DNA of 64,000 nt from Octopus vulgaris (Eukaryota), in the NCBI GenBank assembly GCA_951406725.2, contig OX597817.1, forward strand, positions 24,366,001-24,430,000. Reading direction: 5' to 3'. The translations under genes and the position numbers were made by a program. The notes under the pieces are model-generated. The model worked only from the letters and a program-made list of their open reading frames with translations. It had not been told where the DNA came from and ran no database searches. Below are positions 13,003 to 26,279 of this stretch, piece after piece (position 1 is the stretch's first letter; every line of letters begins with the position of its first letter).

Positions 13003-14044
13003 TATTCCAATAACATTTATTGCAGAACTGAGAGATGACAGATGTTATATATTTGCACATGCATTTCATGATCATCATTACCATTATCATCATCCCTTAA
13101 TATCCATGTTTTTTTGCTGGTAGGATCCAACACGCTTGAATGCTCTGTTAGTCTCCATTATCTGCTTTGGCCAGGTTTCTTTGGATGGATGCCTTTTCCC
13201 TCACCAACATTTGTAAACTCAGTTCTCATGCTGCTAAACCTTTTTAGACTAGCATGTTGAAATTTAAATTTCTTCAACAAATTGTCATATGTTCATGTAT
13301 TTTAGTGAGACATAAACACTTACAGATAAGCATTTTTAATATACTAAATATAACATACTATTACATGAAGTTTTATTATTTTTTTTTCATTATTATTATT
13401 TTTTAAAGTCCATTATATCTTAACTAAAAGCACTTGCCATGTTGCTGCTAATAATTTTCATCTCAGGTTCTTCATCACTACTCTAAATCATATTTAAATC
13501 TAATCTAGGCAGGGATGATAACACTAAAATCTCAAATAGCTTTGCATAGTATTTTTTGAAATTATTTATGACCAACTGATGTCAAAGTTTATGTGAGAAG
13601 CTATTACTCTTAAAAGACTTCACCTGTCATGTTCTGAAGCTTGTTTACATACTGAAGATGCTATTTTTTCCTTTTGGATTAAAATATACTCAACAAACTA
13701 TAATTCTGTATGTGGTTTGAGAAATTTTTCCAAGTGTTTACCTAATTAGTATTTGTTGTCTGTTAGTGAAATATATGTGTAGGTTGTCTTGGCCTGGGGT
13801 ATCATTGTCAGCTGTCTGCTGGAATCTAGATGTCACATATATATGATGTCGATATTGGTAACAATCATAATTGTAACTTGACATAGATAATTTGCTTATT
13901 GTGTGTGCAGTTATTTGTCTGCTCACACACATGCATGCACATATATTTTATAAATATATACATGCATACATCTGCACATAAATACACAATGTATTAACAT
14001 ACATATGTGTGTGTGTGTCTGCACACATACATACATACATACAC

Positions 14045-14365
14045 ATAAGTATAAATGGCACCCATAGTCGTGGTCATTGACAGTGCCATATAAATGGCAC
14101 CTGTGAATCATAGTCTTGGTGATTGCTGGTGCCATGTGAATGACACTTGTGAATCATCATAGTTGTTGCCTATTTCATGTAAATGGTACCTGTGAATCGT
14201 AGTCATGGTCGCTACCAGTGCCATATAAATGGCACCCATGCATCTTAGTTATGGTCATTGCTAGTGACATGTAAATGCCACCCATGCTGGTGGCACATAA
14301 AAGCACCCATTACACTCTAGGAGTGGTTGGCATCCAGTCATAGAAATCATGCCAAATCAAACTGG
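14045..14365 (+). mobile_element. SINE-like family C with tandem ~40-45 bp subrepeats
   Basis: Repeated aaatggcacc... units followed by aaaagcacccattacactctaggagtggttgg. Confidence 0.7.
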
Positions 14366-14529
14366 AAATTGTATAGAAGTTCTTTGGATGGACTGTATTT
14401 GCTATTGAAAGCCACAGTTTTGTCACATTGATTCTACTCCAAAATTATGTTAAGGGCACATGTGTTTTGGAATTGTCCAATCACTTCACAAATTAATTCA
14501 ATGTGTAGATTGTCCAGTTATTTGAAAGA

Positions 14530-15212
14530 ATGTGCACCCATATAGTGAAATTGACATAAGTGTCCATCCTATTATCGCTAAAATTATCATAGCATGTGAC
14601 ATATTGCAACAATTTTAGCAAATCCATTCTGCTATGATTTTGGCTATAAATACTGAAAATAATGGCAGAAAATTATTGTCATGCATGCATGCATATCCCT
14701 CTGTTATGGAATACATTCATGAACACCAACTCAGGGAATACTGGTGGAATAGTCCCATCAAGGCTTCTGTCAAATGTAAACATAACAGGCTGGATATTGT
14801 TGTTTGGGACAAAGGGGCAAAGGTATGTACCATCATAGAGTTTAGCTGTCCTGCAGATATAAATATCTATGTGAAAATCAAAGAAAAACAGGATATCTAT
14901 GGACAACTGCTTTGAAACCTCCAGTTTCTATATCCAGACTATGAATTCCTATTCATACCAATAACAATTGGAACATGAGGTTTTGTTAGTAAATGCTTAA
15001 AGGAGAATCTGGATAAACTGGGATTTTCAGAAAGCGAAATCAACCAGCTAATTCGTATATTACAAGTGCAATCTGAGTGGAACAATAAAAACAGGTAAGA
15101 CTTTTTCTCAAGTTCCAAATGTGAATTTGTCTGTGATAACTACAGCCCAAAGATGGAGACTGGCATCTTTATTGGAAACCGGCTCCCTCCACAGTGGAAG
15201 ATTTATAATAAT
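14530..15212 (+). mobile_element. R4/Dong-like LINE 3' end with restriction-like endonuclease, decayed
   Basis: EYWWNSPIK...HNRLDIVVWDK...CTIIEFSCPADINI..KIKEK..IY..L, then FIPITIG..G. Stops present; ends in a TAA repeat. Confidence 0.85.
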
Positions 15213-16204
15213 CAAAAAATAGAAGAAACATATATGCATACACACGTGTGTGTGTGGGTATGTATATATGTACTCTGTGTGTGTGTTAATAAAATATTTA
15301 TTTCTGTTGTGCAAAACAAAATAGCTATTTGAAAAATGTGATTATAGTTGATGGCATCTACCTCATTATCATTATTGCAATGCAGTTTTTCTTAGAATTC
15401 CTATTCAGAGGATATAAGGAGCAGCTTAGTGTTTTGAAGAGAAGAAAATAGAGATGCATCATTAGGCCTTTGCTCTCCCCTAGATGGACTCTTCAGGTAA
15501 AGAGGCACACTTTTTTGTGATGCACCTCAACCATTGAGTCTCTTTTTCTGGAGTTTGCTAATGCTTGTCCCTACAATTTTTATACTGCCCTGGTAAAGGA
15601 GTAAAGGATGTTGTCGTTGCTTTCTGTATGTTTGATATAGCTACTGCTGTTCATTATTCTAACATCAGCCATGCAACTAATGCCATTGTTATTGCATGGT
15701 TGATGTTTAAAATGTTAATGATTGTATTATTCTTATTCGCGTTTGGATTGTCACTCTCAGCATTCTTAAAAGAACATTTTCTTTCAAATTCTAATATTTC
15801 TTAACACAAATTATACTTTCTTGAAGGGGAGGTTATTTTGACATTTTGTTTACACTTCATGTAAATAAAACTTCTACAGCAGTAAAAGTGACCTCTATAC
15901 TTCAACCATCAAAGAAATTTCAGGCCTACAATTGTTTCTTTTTTATTAACTGAAGTCCCAGTGTGAAATTTTGAAAAGTCGAGTCAAATGAAACACACTC
16001 ACACACACACACAAAGAGGAAAGAAGGAAAAAAGAAAAACCTTTTTCTACTCCCAAATGGTGCAAAAAGCATGAACTTAAGTACAAATACCCACCTAACT
16101 TTTTTTTATAGGGAAAATGAAATAAGAAAAATATCCACATGAATCGCAAGCAAAACATACAAACCAATAGCAGTGAAAAAACGACTCTTTTTACAGGTAA
16201 CCAA

Positions 16205-16560
16205 ATGATGATGATAATAATAATCATTTACCGTTTGCTTTACATGCTAGCATGGGGTGGACGATTTGACTGAGGTCTGTGAACCAGATGGCTGCACCAG
16301 GTTCCAATCTTGATCTGGCAGAGTTTCTACAGCTTGATGCCCTTCCTAATACCAACCACTCCGAGAGTGTAGTGGGTGCTTTTTACGTGCCACTGGCACG
16401 AGAGCCAGGCAGGCGGTACTGGCAATGGTCACGCTCAAATGGTGCTTTTTAAAATTTTTATTTTATTTATTTATTTTTTTTTACGTGTCATTGACACAAG
16501 TGCCAGTAAGGCGATGCTAGTAACGAATGGTGGTTTTTACATGCCACTGGCACGAATGGC
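16205..16560 (-). mobile_element. SINE-like family C
   Basis: ctacagcttgatgcccttcctaataccaaccactccgagagtgtagtgggtgc core plus subrepeats. Confidence 0.85.
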
Positions 16561-17804
16561 AAATAATAATAATAATAATAATAACGACGATGATAATGAT
16601 GAACAGCCGCAGCAACAACAGCAACAGAACTGGAGCAGCAGAAGCAAAACAACATAAACACCATCAACAAAATTGTTTTCAAATCCAGCCAATTTACTTC
16701 TGATAAAATGACATACATGGGTAATTTCAAAATCTTATGTGTTGAAAAATAATGTACTTTTGAGATCACCATTTGCACTGTTAGCAAATCTTTTTGTTGG
16801 CAAGCAAATTCCAGCAGTTTTACTTGAGTTGGAAATTATGAAGGTTAAGTGGAATATTTTTCTCCTATTTTCTTTCTACACCCAAATCAGTAAAAGACGC
16901 CAAAACAATTGCCAAAACTAATTTCTTAACTCTCAAATGAAAAATTCTCTCTCCTTTCTTTGGCAGAATATTAAATTTGGACTAATCAAATACCAACAAG
17001 TGGTAAGGATCAAAGGAATGGCATATAATTTTATTAGGCAACTTAATACCTCTAACAGAACTGATCCATTCAAAGTTGTCCTATTTAATTATCATTGTAT
17101 CTTGCAAAACGAAATTTTTCTTGAATTTACTTAATTACACTTGGGTTTATTCCAATAGTAATATTAAATAACATTTCTGGGAATCTACAGACTTTTCTGA
17201 GTTTCACTTATCAATCATTTCCAGTTAAACAAGCAAAAGTTTAATATTTTTACTTTTTAAGAGTTGTTGAAAAATCTAATAATAAACAATAATTCCTTTT
17301 ATAGGAATAATTACTTCAGATTTAAAGAATTAGAGAATTGAAAGTATGTGATATTTAGTCTTTCTGAAGCCTTACAATTCTTCTAATGGTTCAATAAATG
17401 GAAACTATTCAAATATTTTGGAATGAAAAAGTGCCACCGAAATACATGCTGCATATCTTGATACAAACAATATTAAAGTACCTGGGAGTTTTCAGCACAA
17501 GTTATTATATCCCCTATAGATTTGCTACAAATATTAAGCATCATTCTCACTGGAGATCTCTACTGATGAATGCACATGAAATAATAAAGACTGCATCAGA
17601 AAGATTTGTTACTCTGCAGAACCAGTAAAGGCTTCTGTTCTCATAAGCAAATACTGAGATTCACAATAGAGTATTGATCCTGCAACTATGACAGTGCAGC
17701 TACTGTTCCACATGAAATGTCTAAGGTCATATCAAAAGAAAGACTACTTGACTGACTGACACAACATAGCTCATCAACAGATTCCAACATCTATCAGCAT
17801 CCTC

Positions 17805-18262
17805 TTCCTCATCATCGTCGTTTAACGTCCATTTTCCATGCTGGCATGGGTTGGACGGTTTGACTGAGGACTGGTGAGCCAGATGGTTGTACCAGGCTCC
17901 AATCTGATCTGGCAAAGTTTCTACAGCTGGATGCCCTTCCTAACACCAACCACTCCGAGAGTGTAGTGGGTGCTTTTACTTGCCACTGGCACGAGGGCCA
18001 GTCAGATGGTACTGGCAATGGCCACACTCAAATGGCATTGTTTACGTGCCACATGCACAGGAGCCAGTCGAATGGCACTGGCAACGACCTTGCTCGAATG
18101 TTGTTTTTCACATGCCGCTGGCACAAGTGCCAGCAAGACGACACTAGTAACGATCATGCTCGAATGGTGCTTTTTACATGCCACTGTCACAAGAGCCAAT
18201 CAGTGTCCCTGGTAATGATCACGCTCGGATGGTGCTCTTAACGTTCCACTTGCACAGATGCC
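17805..18262 (-). mobile_element. SINE-like family C with ~5 subrepeats
   Basis: Family core followed by repeated ggtgctttttacatgccactggcac units. Confidence 0.88.
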
Positions 18263-18485
18263 AGCAGCGAGCTGGCAGAAACGTTAGCACGCTGGGCGAA
18301 ATGCTTAGCAGTATTTCATCTGCATTACGTTGTGAGTTCAAATTCCGCTGAGGTTGACTTTGCCTTTCGTGGTCGATAAATTAAGTACCAGTTACGCACT
18401 GGGGTCGATGTAATCGACTTAATACCTATGTCTGTCCTTGTTTGTCCCCTGTGTTTAGCCCCTTGTTGGTAATAAAGAAATAGGT
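18263..18485 (+). mobile_element. SINE family B
   Basis: gcagcgagctggcagaaacgttagcacgctgggcgaaatgcttagc...taaagaaataggt. Confidence 0.9.
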
Positions 18486-18965
18486 GGTGCTGTCATCAGC
18501 CACGTCAGTGAATTCCAACAGATACGATATATTCTCTCCCTGGTTTTATAACATTGCTACAATGGCCTCTACTTCATGGAGCTGACTGCTTTCTTACCAT
18601 CCACTATTGCATATCATCTTGTATCATACACTTCTCTCCTCATTTTGCCTTATATATTGTGTCCACACATTTAGCCATTTCTCACAGTCCTTCATCATCA
18701 GAACATAAGCTCCACCTGTTAGGATGCTCCTCTTGCATGATTTTTTTTTTCCTTTTTTTTTGTCACCTCTAATTTACAACTATTTAAAAATAAATGTTAA
18801 TGACAACAGTCTACTTACTACTTTTAAAGCGCTCTCAATAACTATGGTTATAACCATTCGTCCAAACCAAACTGACAGAAAACATAATTACTGCCATACA
18901 GGCAGTGCTGTCAAACCAACAAAATGATATTTCTATTAGTTTTCAAATTCCTGATACTATCTATC

Positions 18966-19350
18966 ACTCTTTACTCTTTTACTTGTTTCAGTCATTTGAC
19001 TGCAGCCATGCTGGAGCACCACCTTTAGTCGAGCAACTCGACCCCGGGACTTATTCTTTTTGTAAGCCCAGTACTTATTCTATCGGTCTCTCTTGCTGAA
19101 CCGCTACTTGACAGGGACGTAAACACACCAGCATCGGTTGTCAAGCAATGCTAGGGGGAAAAACACACAAACACACACACATACATATATACGACAGGCT
19201 TCTTTCAGTTTCCATCTACCAAATCCACTCACAAGGCTTTGGTCGGCCCGGAGCTATAGCAGAAGACACTTGCCCAAGATGCCATGCAGTGGGACTGAAC
19301 CCGGAGCCATGTGGTTGGTTAGCAAGCTACTTACCACACAGCCACTCCTG
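18966..19350 (-). mobile_element. SINE family A, near full length
   Basis: Reverse-complement match to 32093-32494. Confidence 0.92.
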
Positions 19351-19794
19351 GTATAACTTCTGCCAGAAGCATCACTACTTCTTCACTGACAATGGAATGG
19401 GTGGGTATGGGGTATGATCCCAGAATTCACAGAGTGAAAACAGATACTGCAAGTTATCCCATTTAATTCCCTAACAAATCTACCAATCTACAGCCCTGGA
19501 CTGCTACTTTGTTTATTGGCTCTCTACCACCAACACACCAAATAGTGAACGACAAAGTTGACCTTGGTGAGATTTGAACTCAGAGAGTTTGAACAAATAT
19601 TGTGCAGTTTCTATCCAACTCCTCAATGACTTTGCCAACATCTCCCTTATAAGACTGCTAGCTAACAGATAATGGCCACTAACTAGATTGCCTAAGTATT
19701 GCAGTAATGGAATCATTACCAGTAATAACAAGAAAGCTCTAGTTAATGGGATGAAAAGAATCCTTTAAAACCCCAGGAAGGAACAAACCTTTAA

Positions 19795-19993
19795 CCCTTT
19801 CATTACCGTATTTATTTTGAGATGCTCTGTGTTTGTTTCAAGTATTTTAAATAACTTAGTTATCATTCAGCTAGTGTTAGGAACATAAATTGCGACGAAG
19901 GTTTGGTGGAAGATTTTAATTCAAAACTTATGAAAACAAGATATTTGGACTACAGAGCCAGAGCCGGTTTCAGCCGGGTTGGTAATGAAAGGG
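19795..19993. mobile_element. piggyBac-type MITE (199 bp)
   Basis: TTAA TSDs at 19791-19794 and 19994-19997. Perfect 13-bp TIR CCCTTTCATTACC / GGTAATGAAAGGG. Confidence 0.92.
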
Positions 19994-20206
19994 TTAAATT
20001 ATATCCTATCCAACATATGTTCTAAACTTTTGAAACATGCTTCAATTAATGCAAATATTGTCATATTAAGACAATGAAGCACATTTGACAAAAACTGTCG
20101 GTCCTTTCTACATCTGGATATATCTCCAAAAACAAGAAAATAGTTGCCTTTAACAATAAAAGAGCTCTTGACTTTGACTTTCAACTTAGAAGTGTTAGCT
20201 GTATAT

Positions 20207-20564
20207 GGAAGCACTCCGTCGGTTACGATGATGAGGGTTCCGGTTAATCCGAATCAATGGACCAGCCTGCTCGTGAAATTAACGTGTAAGTGGCTGAGCA
20301 CTCCACAGACATGTGTACCCTTAACGTAGTTCTCGGGGATATTCAGCGTGACACAGAGAGTGACAAGGTCGGCCCTTTGAAATACAGGTACAACAGAAAC
20401 AGGAAGTAAGAGTGAGAGAAAGTTGTGGTGAAAGAGTACAGCAGGGATCACCACCATCCCCTGCCGGAGCCTCGTGGAGCTTTTAGGCTTTTAGTCTGGG
20501 AATTGAAACCGCGATCCTATGACCATGAGTCCGCTGCCCTAACCACTGGGCCATTGCGCCTCCA
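20207..20564 (-). mobile_element. tRNA-derived SINE family D
   Basis: 14-bp TSD TGTTAGCTGTATAT at 20193-20206 and 20565-20578. Head has A box TGGCCCAGTGG and B-box-like GGTTTCAATTCC. A diverged partial copy lies at ~14375-14530. Confidence 0.9.
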
Positions 20565-21092
20565 TGTTAGCTGTATATAACTGAAGTGCCAAGGGTAAAA
20601 AAAGACAGCAAGCCCAATAGATATTTTCATATCTTTTCCCATATGCAAATAAAAGGCAATAATTGATATTTAAGAATTTCAGCTATCACATACAAAGATT
20701 TTTCTTCATGTTAGATAAGAACATTTAATGATGAAACTAAAAAAATCTTCAAACAGAAATCTAATGAAAAGAGACATAAAAATATGGAAGATAAAAAGTG
20801 CCATAGTAAGACCTCTCAAATAAGATATGCACTGAAGGACTTCTTTCAGAGTCCCTAAACATAAACTTTAAAAATTAATAAATAACAACAATGATGCTGC
20901 TACTATTGCAGCAGTGAATTACAAGTAGGGAGTATATAAGGAGAGTGGGAGAAATGTTACAGTTGAAGGTGAATTCAAAATAAGTTATTGAAGTAATAAA
21001 TGTAAGAACAGTACCAGTAATTAGATATGGAGTTGGAATTGTATGCCGGACAAAAAAGCAGCATACAGAGATTAGTCAGAAAGACTAAGTAA

Positions 21093-21492
21093 CTTTACTT
21101 TTTTAATTGTTTCAGTCGTTTGACTGTGGTCATGCTGGAGCACCACCTTTAATCGAGCAAATTGACCCCAGGACTTATAATTTGTAAGCCTAGTACTTAT
21201 TCTATTAGTCTCTTTTGCCAAACTGCTAAGTTACGGGGACGTAAACACACCAGCATCGGTTGTCAAGCGATGTTGGTGGGGACAAACAGACACACAAGCA
21301 CACACACACACATCTATATACATATATACGACAGGCTTCTTTCAGTTTCTGTCTACCAAATCCACTCACAAGGCTTTGGTTTGCCCGAGGCTATAGTAGA
21401 AGACACTTGCCCAAGATGCCACACAGTGGGACTGAACCCGGAACCATGTCGTTGGTAAGCAAGCTACTTACCATACAGCCACTCCTGCACCT
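21093..21492 (-). mobile_element. SINE family A
   Basis: Full family A body in reverse orientation. Confidence 0.92.
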
Positions 21493-21559
21493 AACTGCTG
21501 ACTGTGTATGGAGCCCACCATCTGAAAGCTAATATTAACCAATTGTATTCGAAGACAGA

Positions 21560-22535
21560 CCAGAATGGAAGAGGTTTAATTATTGTGGGGGAGTGTGAAA
21601 AGAAAAAGCCTACTAGACTATTTATAGAACAGCACTGAGATATTACTAAAGGCAGTGAATAAAGAAAATGTGTTCAAGTGTGGACAAGAATGCAATTCAA
21701 AGAGTGCATGTTAAACAGATTGAAAAGAAACCTTTGCATAGTTAACTTCAGAAAGCTGCAGAGGATGTATGTGAGACAAAAGACCTGGGATTGTTTGGAG
21801 AAAGGACAAGTGTGAAAAAGAAACAGGGAGCCTAGTAGCCTTACTTAGTGTTCTTTAGCTTCCTTACTATGGCTTATTATAGCAACTCAGGATCAAGCAT
21901 TAAAAACAAGCAGCTTGGGAAAATATGAGTATGGGGAGAATATGTTGGCAAAATGTAGAATGTGCGGAATTTGGGATGAAATGATGGCACATTCTATTGA
22001 CTCAGGGAGAATATAAAAAATGGAAATATTACCAAATTGTCAAAGTTTTGCACTGGAAGCTGTGTCAAAAATGGGAGTTTGAAGTTGGAAACACTTGGTG
22101 TAATCACTGGGCTGAAAGAATGCTTGAGTCAGAGAAATGTAAGGTTCTATGGGATTATTCAATTCAAATGGATATCATCATCATCATCGTTTAACGTCCG
22201 TTTTCCATGCTAGCATGGGTTGGACGGTTCGACCAGGGTCTGGGAAGCCAGGAGGCTACGCCAGGCTCCAGTCTGATTTGGCAGTGCTTCTACAGCTGGA
22301 TGCCCTTCCTAATGCCAACCACTCCATGAGTGTAGTGGGTGCTTTTTACGTGCCTCCGGTACAGAGGCCAGAGGAGGCTGGCAAATGGCCACGATCGGTT
22401 GGTACTTTTTATGTATCACCAACACAGATGCCAGTCAGGCGGCACTGGCATCAGCCACATTCAGGTGTTCTTACATGCCACCAACACGGGTACCTTATGA
22501 AGATAGAAAATAATAAACCAGATATAACAATAATA
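21560..22535 (+). mobile_element. R4/Dong-like LINE remnant interrupted by a SINE
   Basis: ATQDQALKT...KCRMCG...VLHWKLCQKW...KVLWDYSIQMD [SINE] IENNKPDITII: zinc-knuckle region followed by the RLE start. Confidence 0.8.
22173..22492 (-). mobile_element. SINE-like family C nested in the LINE
   Basis: (ATC)n-cgtttaacgtccgttttccatgctagc signature; LINE translation resumes after it. Confidence 0.88.
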
Positions 22536-22739
22536 GGCAACTAACTGAACAGGAAGATGTGCATGACACACTCAAAAGGCAAAAAATGGCTATGTGATTA
22601 TTAACAAAACTATAATGATCTGCAAGTGATAAAAAACCAATCTGTAAATAGTATGGATAAATTTCAAAATGGCCAGTGATATGGTGACTCATCTTTGGAT
22701 TTAGGAGTCATAATGTTTGGCATAACCAAAAATCTCATC

Positions 22740-23000
22740 AGCATCCTCATCATCATTCATCATTGTTCGACCGTGGTCGAGACAATGGAATTTACCATGC
22801 TACGCCAGACTTCACGGTCTATCATGGCATTATGGAGGTCCTGTTGCTGGATGCCTGTATCCCTGGAGATTACATCAGGGTAGGAGAGTATGCACCTTCT
22901 GGTATTGCGAGTAGATGGCTTCCAGAGGAGAAGAGTAGAAATTACTTCTTTTTCAGCTCTATAACAATGTCCAGCAAACTGGACTCTCCTACCTTTCCTA
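22740..23000 (-). mobile_element. RTE-clade LINE 3' end
   Basis: RRVQFAGHCYRA...LLLWKP...NAMIDREVWRSMV followed by a (TGA)n tail. Near-identical to the copies at 49587 and 60510. Confidence 0.88.
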
Positions 23001-23643
23001 CCATCCTCAGTACTTGCATGGCACACTGGAAAGTGAACTTAATGAGCATGAGATCACAGTGAAATGTAGTCTTTAGAAACAGTATCTTCCTGGTTGATTT
23101 TATCTCTCTCATGCTCTTTGTTACCATGCTAATAGTTATTTCAACAACACATAGAATAGTTAACATGGGCTACAAACAAGGTGCAAAAAAATGCACCTTC
23201 TCAATAGATGATATAGATATATCTGAAAAATCTGAAAAGGAAACAATTTATTTCTTGAAATAGAGAAAACAATGTGAGTTGCAGTAATACTGGAATGGAG
23301 CTTGGTATATCAAAATGTGCAGCTGGAGTCATGAAGAGAGAGAAAAGTTAAATATGCTAGATTGGTGTCCCACTTAGTTGAAAATTTATTTATTTTACAC
23401 CTTAACACCATGAAATTAAAGCCAAACATCTGCCTTTCAGGTATACTGACACCTATAAATGTATTTCAATTTTAGAGCATAATCAATATCTCATTCATTA
23501 TTTATTGATTCATTCAGAAAGTAGTTTTTAAAAGTCTTTCTGCTCATCTTCACTATCAATTAATTCCTCTCACCATTCCTAAGATCATACATAGAGAATT
23601 GCTTTTTGATATTACACTGCTTGCTTCTGAAGTTTCACTGCCA

Positions 23644-24520
23644 TGTAACATAACCCTTCGCCATTCAAGAATTTAAACCTGGGGATCTCCATTTCCAGCG
23701 ACTTCAAGGGCCACCTCCCAGTCATCATCATTGTTCTCACCATAACATCTCTCCTTTTGAGATATGACTTCTGCCGGAAGTGCAAATTGTTTATTTAATT
23801 TCCTTCTTTTTTTTTCATCATCACCTCTCCTTGTTTTGAGAATTTAATTTCTTCAGAAGTTTTAATATTCATTTTGCTTAGGGACTATTTCTAATCGTTC
23901 TGTTTGTTTACGTTTTCTATTGCTGATCCACCTAGATTCAACCTCTTTTGGCGCTGGAGCATCGAACAAGTCATAACAAACTTCCATTGGTATTTCTTCT
24001 CTTTCTTCAGTATGTCTAGTCTTCAACAAGTTCAAATGTCGTTTGTGCTCTTCTCATTGACCTTTTATTATGTACATATTAGTGCCTACACTTTTCATCA
24101 CTATACCTATTTCATTACTACCCACAAGGGGCTAAACACAGAGAGGACAAACAAGGACAGAAAAAACGGATTAAGTCGATTATATCTACCCCAGTGCATA
24201 ACTGGTACTTATTTAATCGACCCCGAAAGGATGAAAGGCAAAGTCAACCTTGGTGGAATTTGAACTCAGAACGTAACAGCAGACGAAATACTGCTAAGCA
24301 TTTCGCCCAGCGTGCTAACGTTTCTGCTAGCTCGCTGCCTTTTCATCACTATACCGTCCTCCCACTCTTGTCTTCCATTTTTATATATTTTGAAATAAAC
24401 CTTATCTTTCACATTAAAATACTTTGTTGTGTTTCTTGGATTTTCCCTATAAGTTTTTTTTTTTTGGAGGTAACAATTCATCAAAATTTGATTTCATCTT
24501 CTGGAAAAATATTAGGAATA
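23644..24520 (-). mobile_element. Gypsy LTR retrotransposon 3' remnant (integrase tail, PPT, LTR)
   Basis: Minus strand FNVKDKVYFKIY...WEDGIVMK [SINE] VGTNMYIIKG...HKRHLNLLK. Purine tract AAAACAAGGAGAGG is followed by TG at 23823 and ends GTTACA at 23644. Confidence 0.7.
24108..24339 (-). mobile_element. SINE family B nested in the Gypsy remnant
   Basis: 16-bp TSD TTTTCATCACTATACC at 24092-24107 and 24340-24355. Confidence 0.93.
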
Positions 24521-24579
24521 TGAACCCAGGTTCAAAAATCCCCCAAGACACCCGATGTTAAGATTATCCTAACTTTTAA

Positions 24580-24795
24580 TCCATTAGCATTTAGACCAGT
24601 CATAACAGGGCAAAATATTCTACCTGTTCTATGTTCAAACTTGCCAGATGTGACTTCTCAAACCTACCTTACAATTTCATTCTTAATATAAACAATCACA
24701 TCATTGAAATCTCAAAGCTATGAAATAATGCATGACTAATTCAAAACAATGTGAATAAGCATTACATTTGATATAGTAATTTGAATGGTAAAGAG
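24580..24795. mobile_element. Diverged TTAA-flanked MITE (piggyBac-type)
   Basis: TTAA|TCCATTAGCATTT ... GAATGGTAAAGAG|TTAA imperfect TIRs. Confidence 0.65.
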
Positions 24796-25243
24796 TTAAT
24801 AATTTTGGAACTACATTTTCTTGTTTTATGAAGTTCATTAGATGTAATTTCAGAGGACTTTTAGCTATTATTTATAGGAGGTTGAACTCTCTTATCAAGG
24901 ATCCCTTTAGTTTTTGTCATATGTTTTTTAACAAGCAACAAACATTCACCAGACTTCTCATTATTTGTATATGTGTATATGAGAGAGAGAGAGAGAGAGA
25001 GTGTGTGTGTGTGTGTTCAGGTATGTGTGAGGGAATGTGAGTATGTGTGAACAGTATATGTCTGCACAAATTTTTAAGGAATGGCATTCAGTAATATCTA
25101 TATTTTTTCCAAATTGCTGTAGACTAATAGCTTTCTTGACAACAGACTTCTCATGCACAGTTCCCATCAGAAGTCCAACTACAGAAGAATGATTTTGATT
25201 TGTATAAAATTAAAAGAACACTGACATTTTGTTTGTTTATATA

Positions 25244-25683
25244 CTCTCTTTTACTCTTTTACTTGTTTCAGTCATTTGACTGTTGCCATGCTGGAGCACC
25301 GCCTTTAGTCAAGCAAATCGACCCCAGGACTTATTCTTTGTGAGCCTAGTACTTATTCTATCGGTCTCTTTTGCCGAACCGCTAAGTTACGGGGTCGTAA
25401 ATACACCAGCATCGGTTGTCAAGCGATGTTGGGGGGAGGGCAAACACAGACACACAAAAATATACACATATATACATATATATATATACACATACATATA
25501 TATATACATATATATATATGATGGGCCTCTTTCAGTTTCCGTCTACCAAATCCACTCACAAGGCTTTGGTCAACCCGAGGCTATAGTAGAAGACACTAAC
25601 CCAAGGTGCCATGCACTGGGACTGAACCCAGAACCATGTGGTTGGTAAGCAAGCTTCTTACCACACAGCCACTCCAACACCTA
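25244..25683 (-). mobile_element. SINE family A
   Basis: Full body with internal TA/CA tract. Confidence 0.92.
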
Positions 25684-26094
25684 TACTACATAAATATCTT
25701 CATATACATGGTAAAAAAAAAACTTTCCTCTGATGAACATCAATTTGTTTCCTCTCAGTCACATAACCATCAAATATAAAGATAGCTAGATATGATTGTT
25801 CTTTTGCTCCAGATTGAGCAAATCCATGAGAAAATGCATTCTAGACATACCGATCTGTCTTTGAATACCTAGAACCACATTAACTAACATATCTGTCCAT
25901 ATTATTATTACTTTTTTTGTTGTTGTTGGTAGGGTGTGATTTTGAGGAGATTTGGTTGCTATTTCTTCTAAGTTGCTAATTAGCTCAAGTATATGTATTT
26001 GGTTTCCTTATTGGCTGATAAATGAATATGTCAATCCCTATTTATCTCTCACATGTGTTTTCTCCATCAATCTTTATGCATAGATATTTACACA

Positions 26095-26275
26095 AAACTG
26101 TACAAAAAAAAAAATCAAAATAGAGTGACAGGTGAGAGAGAAACAAACAAGGTGTATTAGTCTGATGCTCAGGTAAAACAGAAAAGTCTTTAACATTTCA
26201 AGAATGCACTCTTCAACTGAAAGGAATGAGAAAAGAAAATATACGGAGGGAGAAGGAAAAAAATGGATAGAAATA
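26095..26275 (-). mobile_element. PLE-derived terminal fragment with a decayed hammerhead-like motif
   Basis: Minus strand ctttCAGTTGAagagtgcattctTGAAAtgttaaag at 26188-26223 is similar to the motifs at 63220-63255 and 31934-31968. Confidence 0.5.
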
Positions 26276-26279
26276 TATA

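Noticed and set aside
13741-13825. Minus-strand exon FQQTADNDTPGQDNLHIYFTNRQQILI
   Set aside because: The donor is plausible, but the acceptor lacks a polypyrimidine tract and I recognise no homology.
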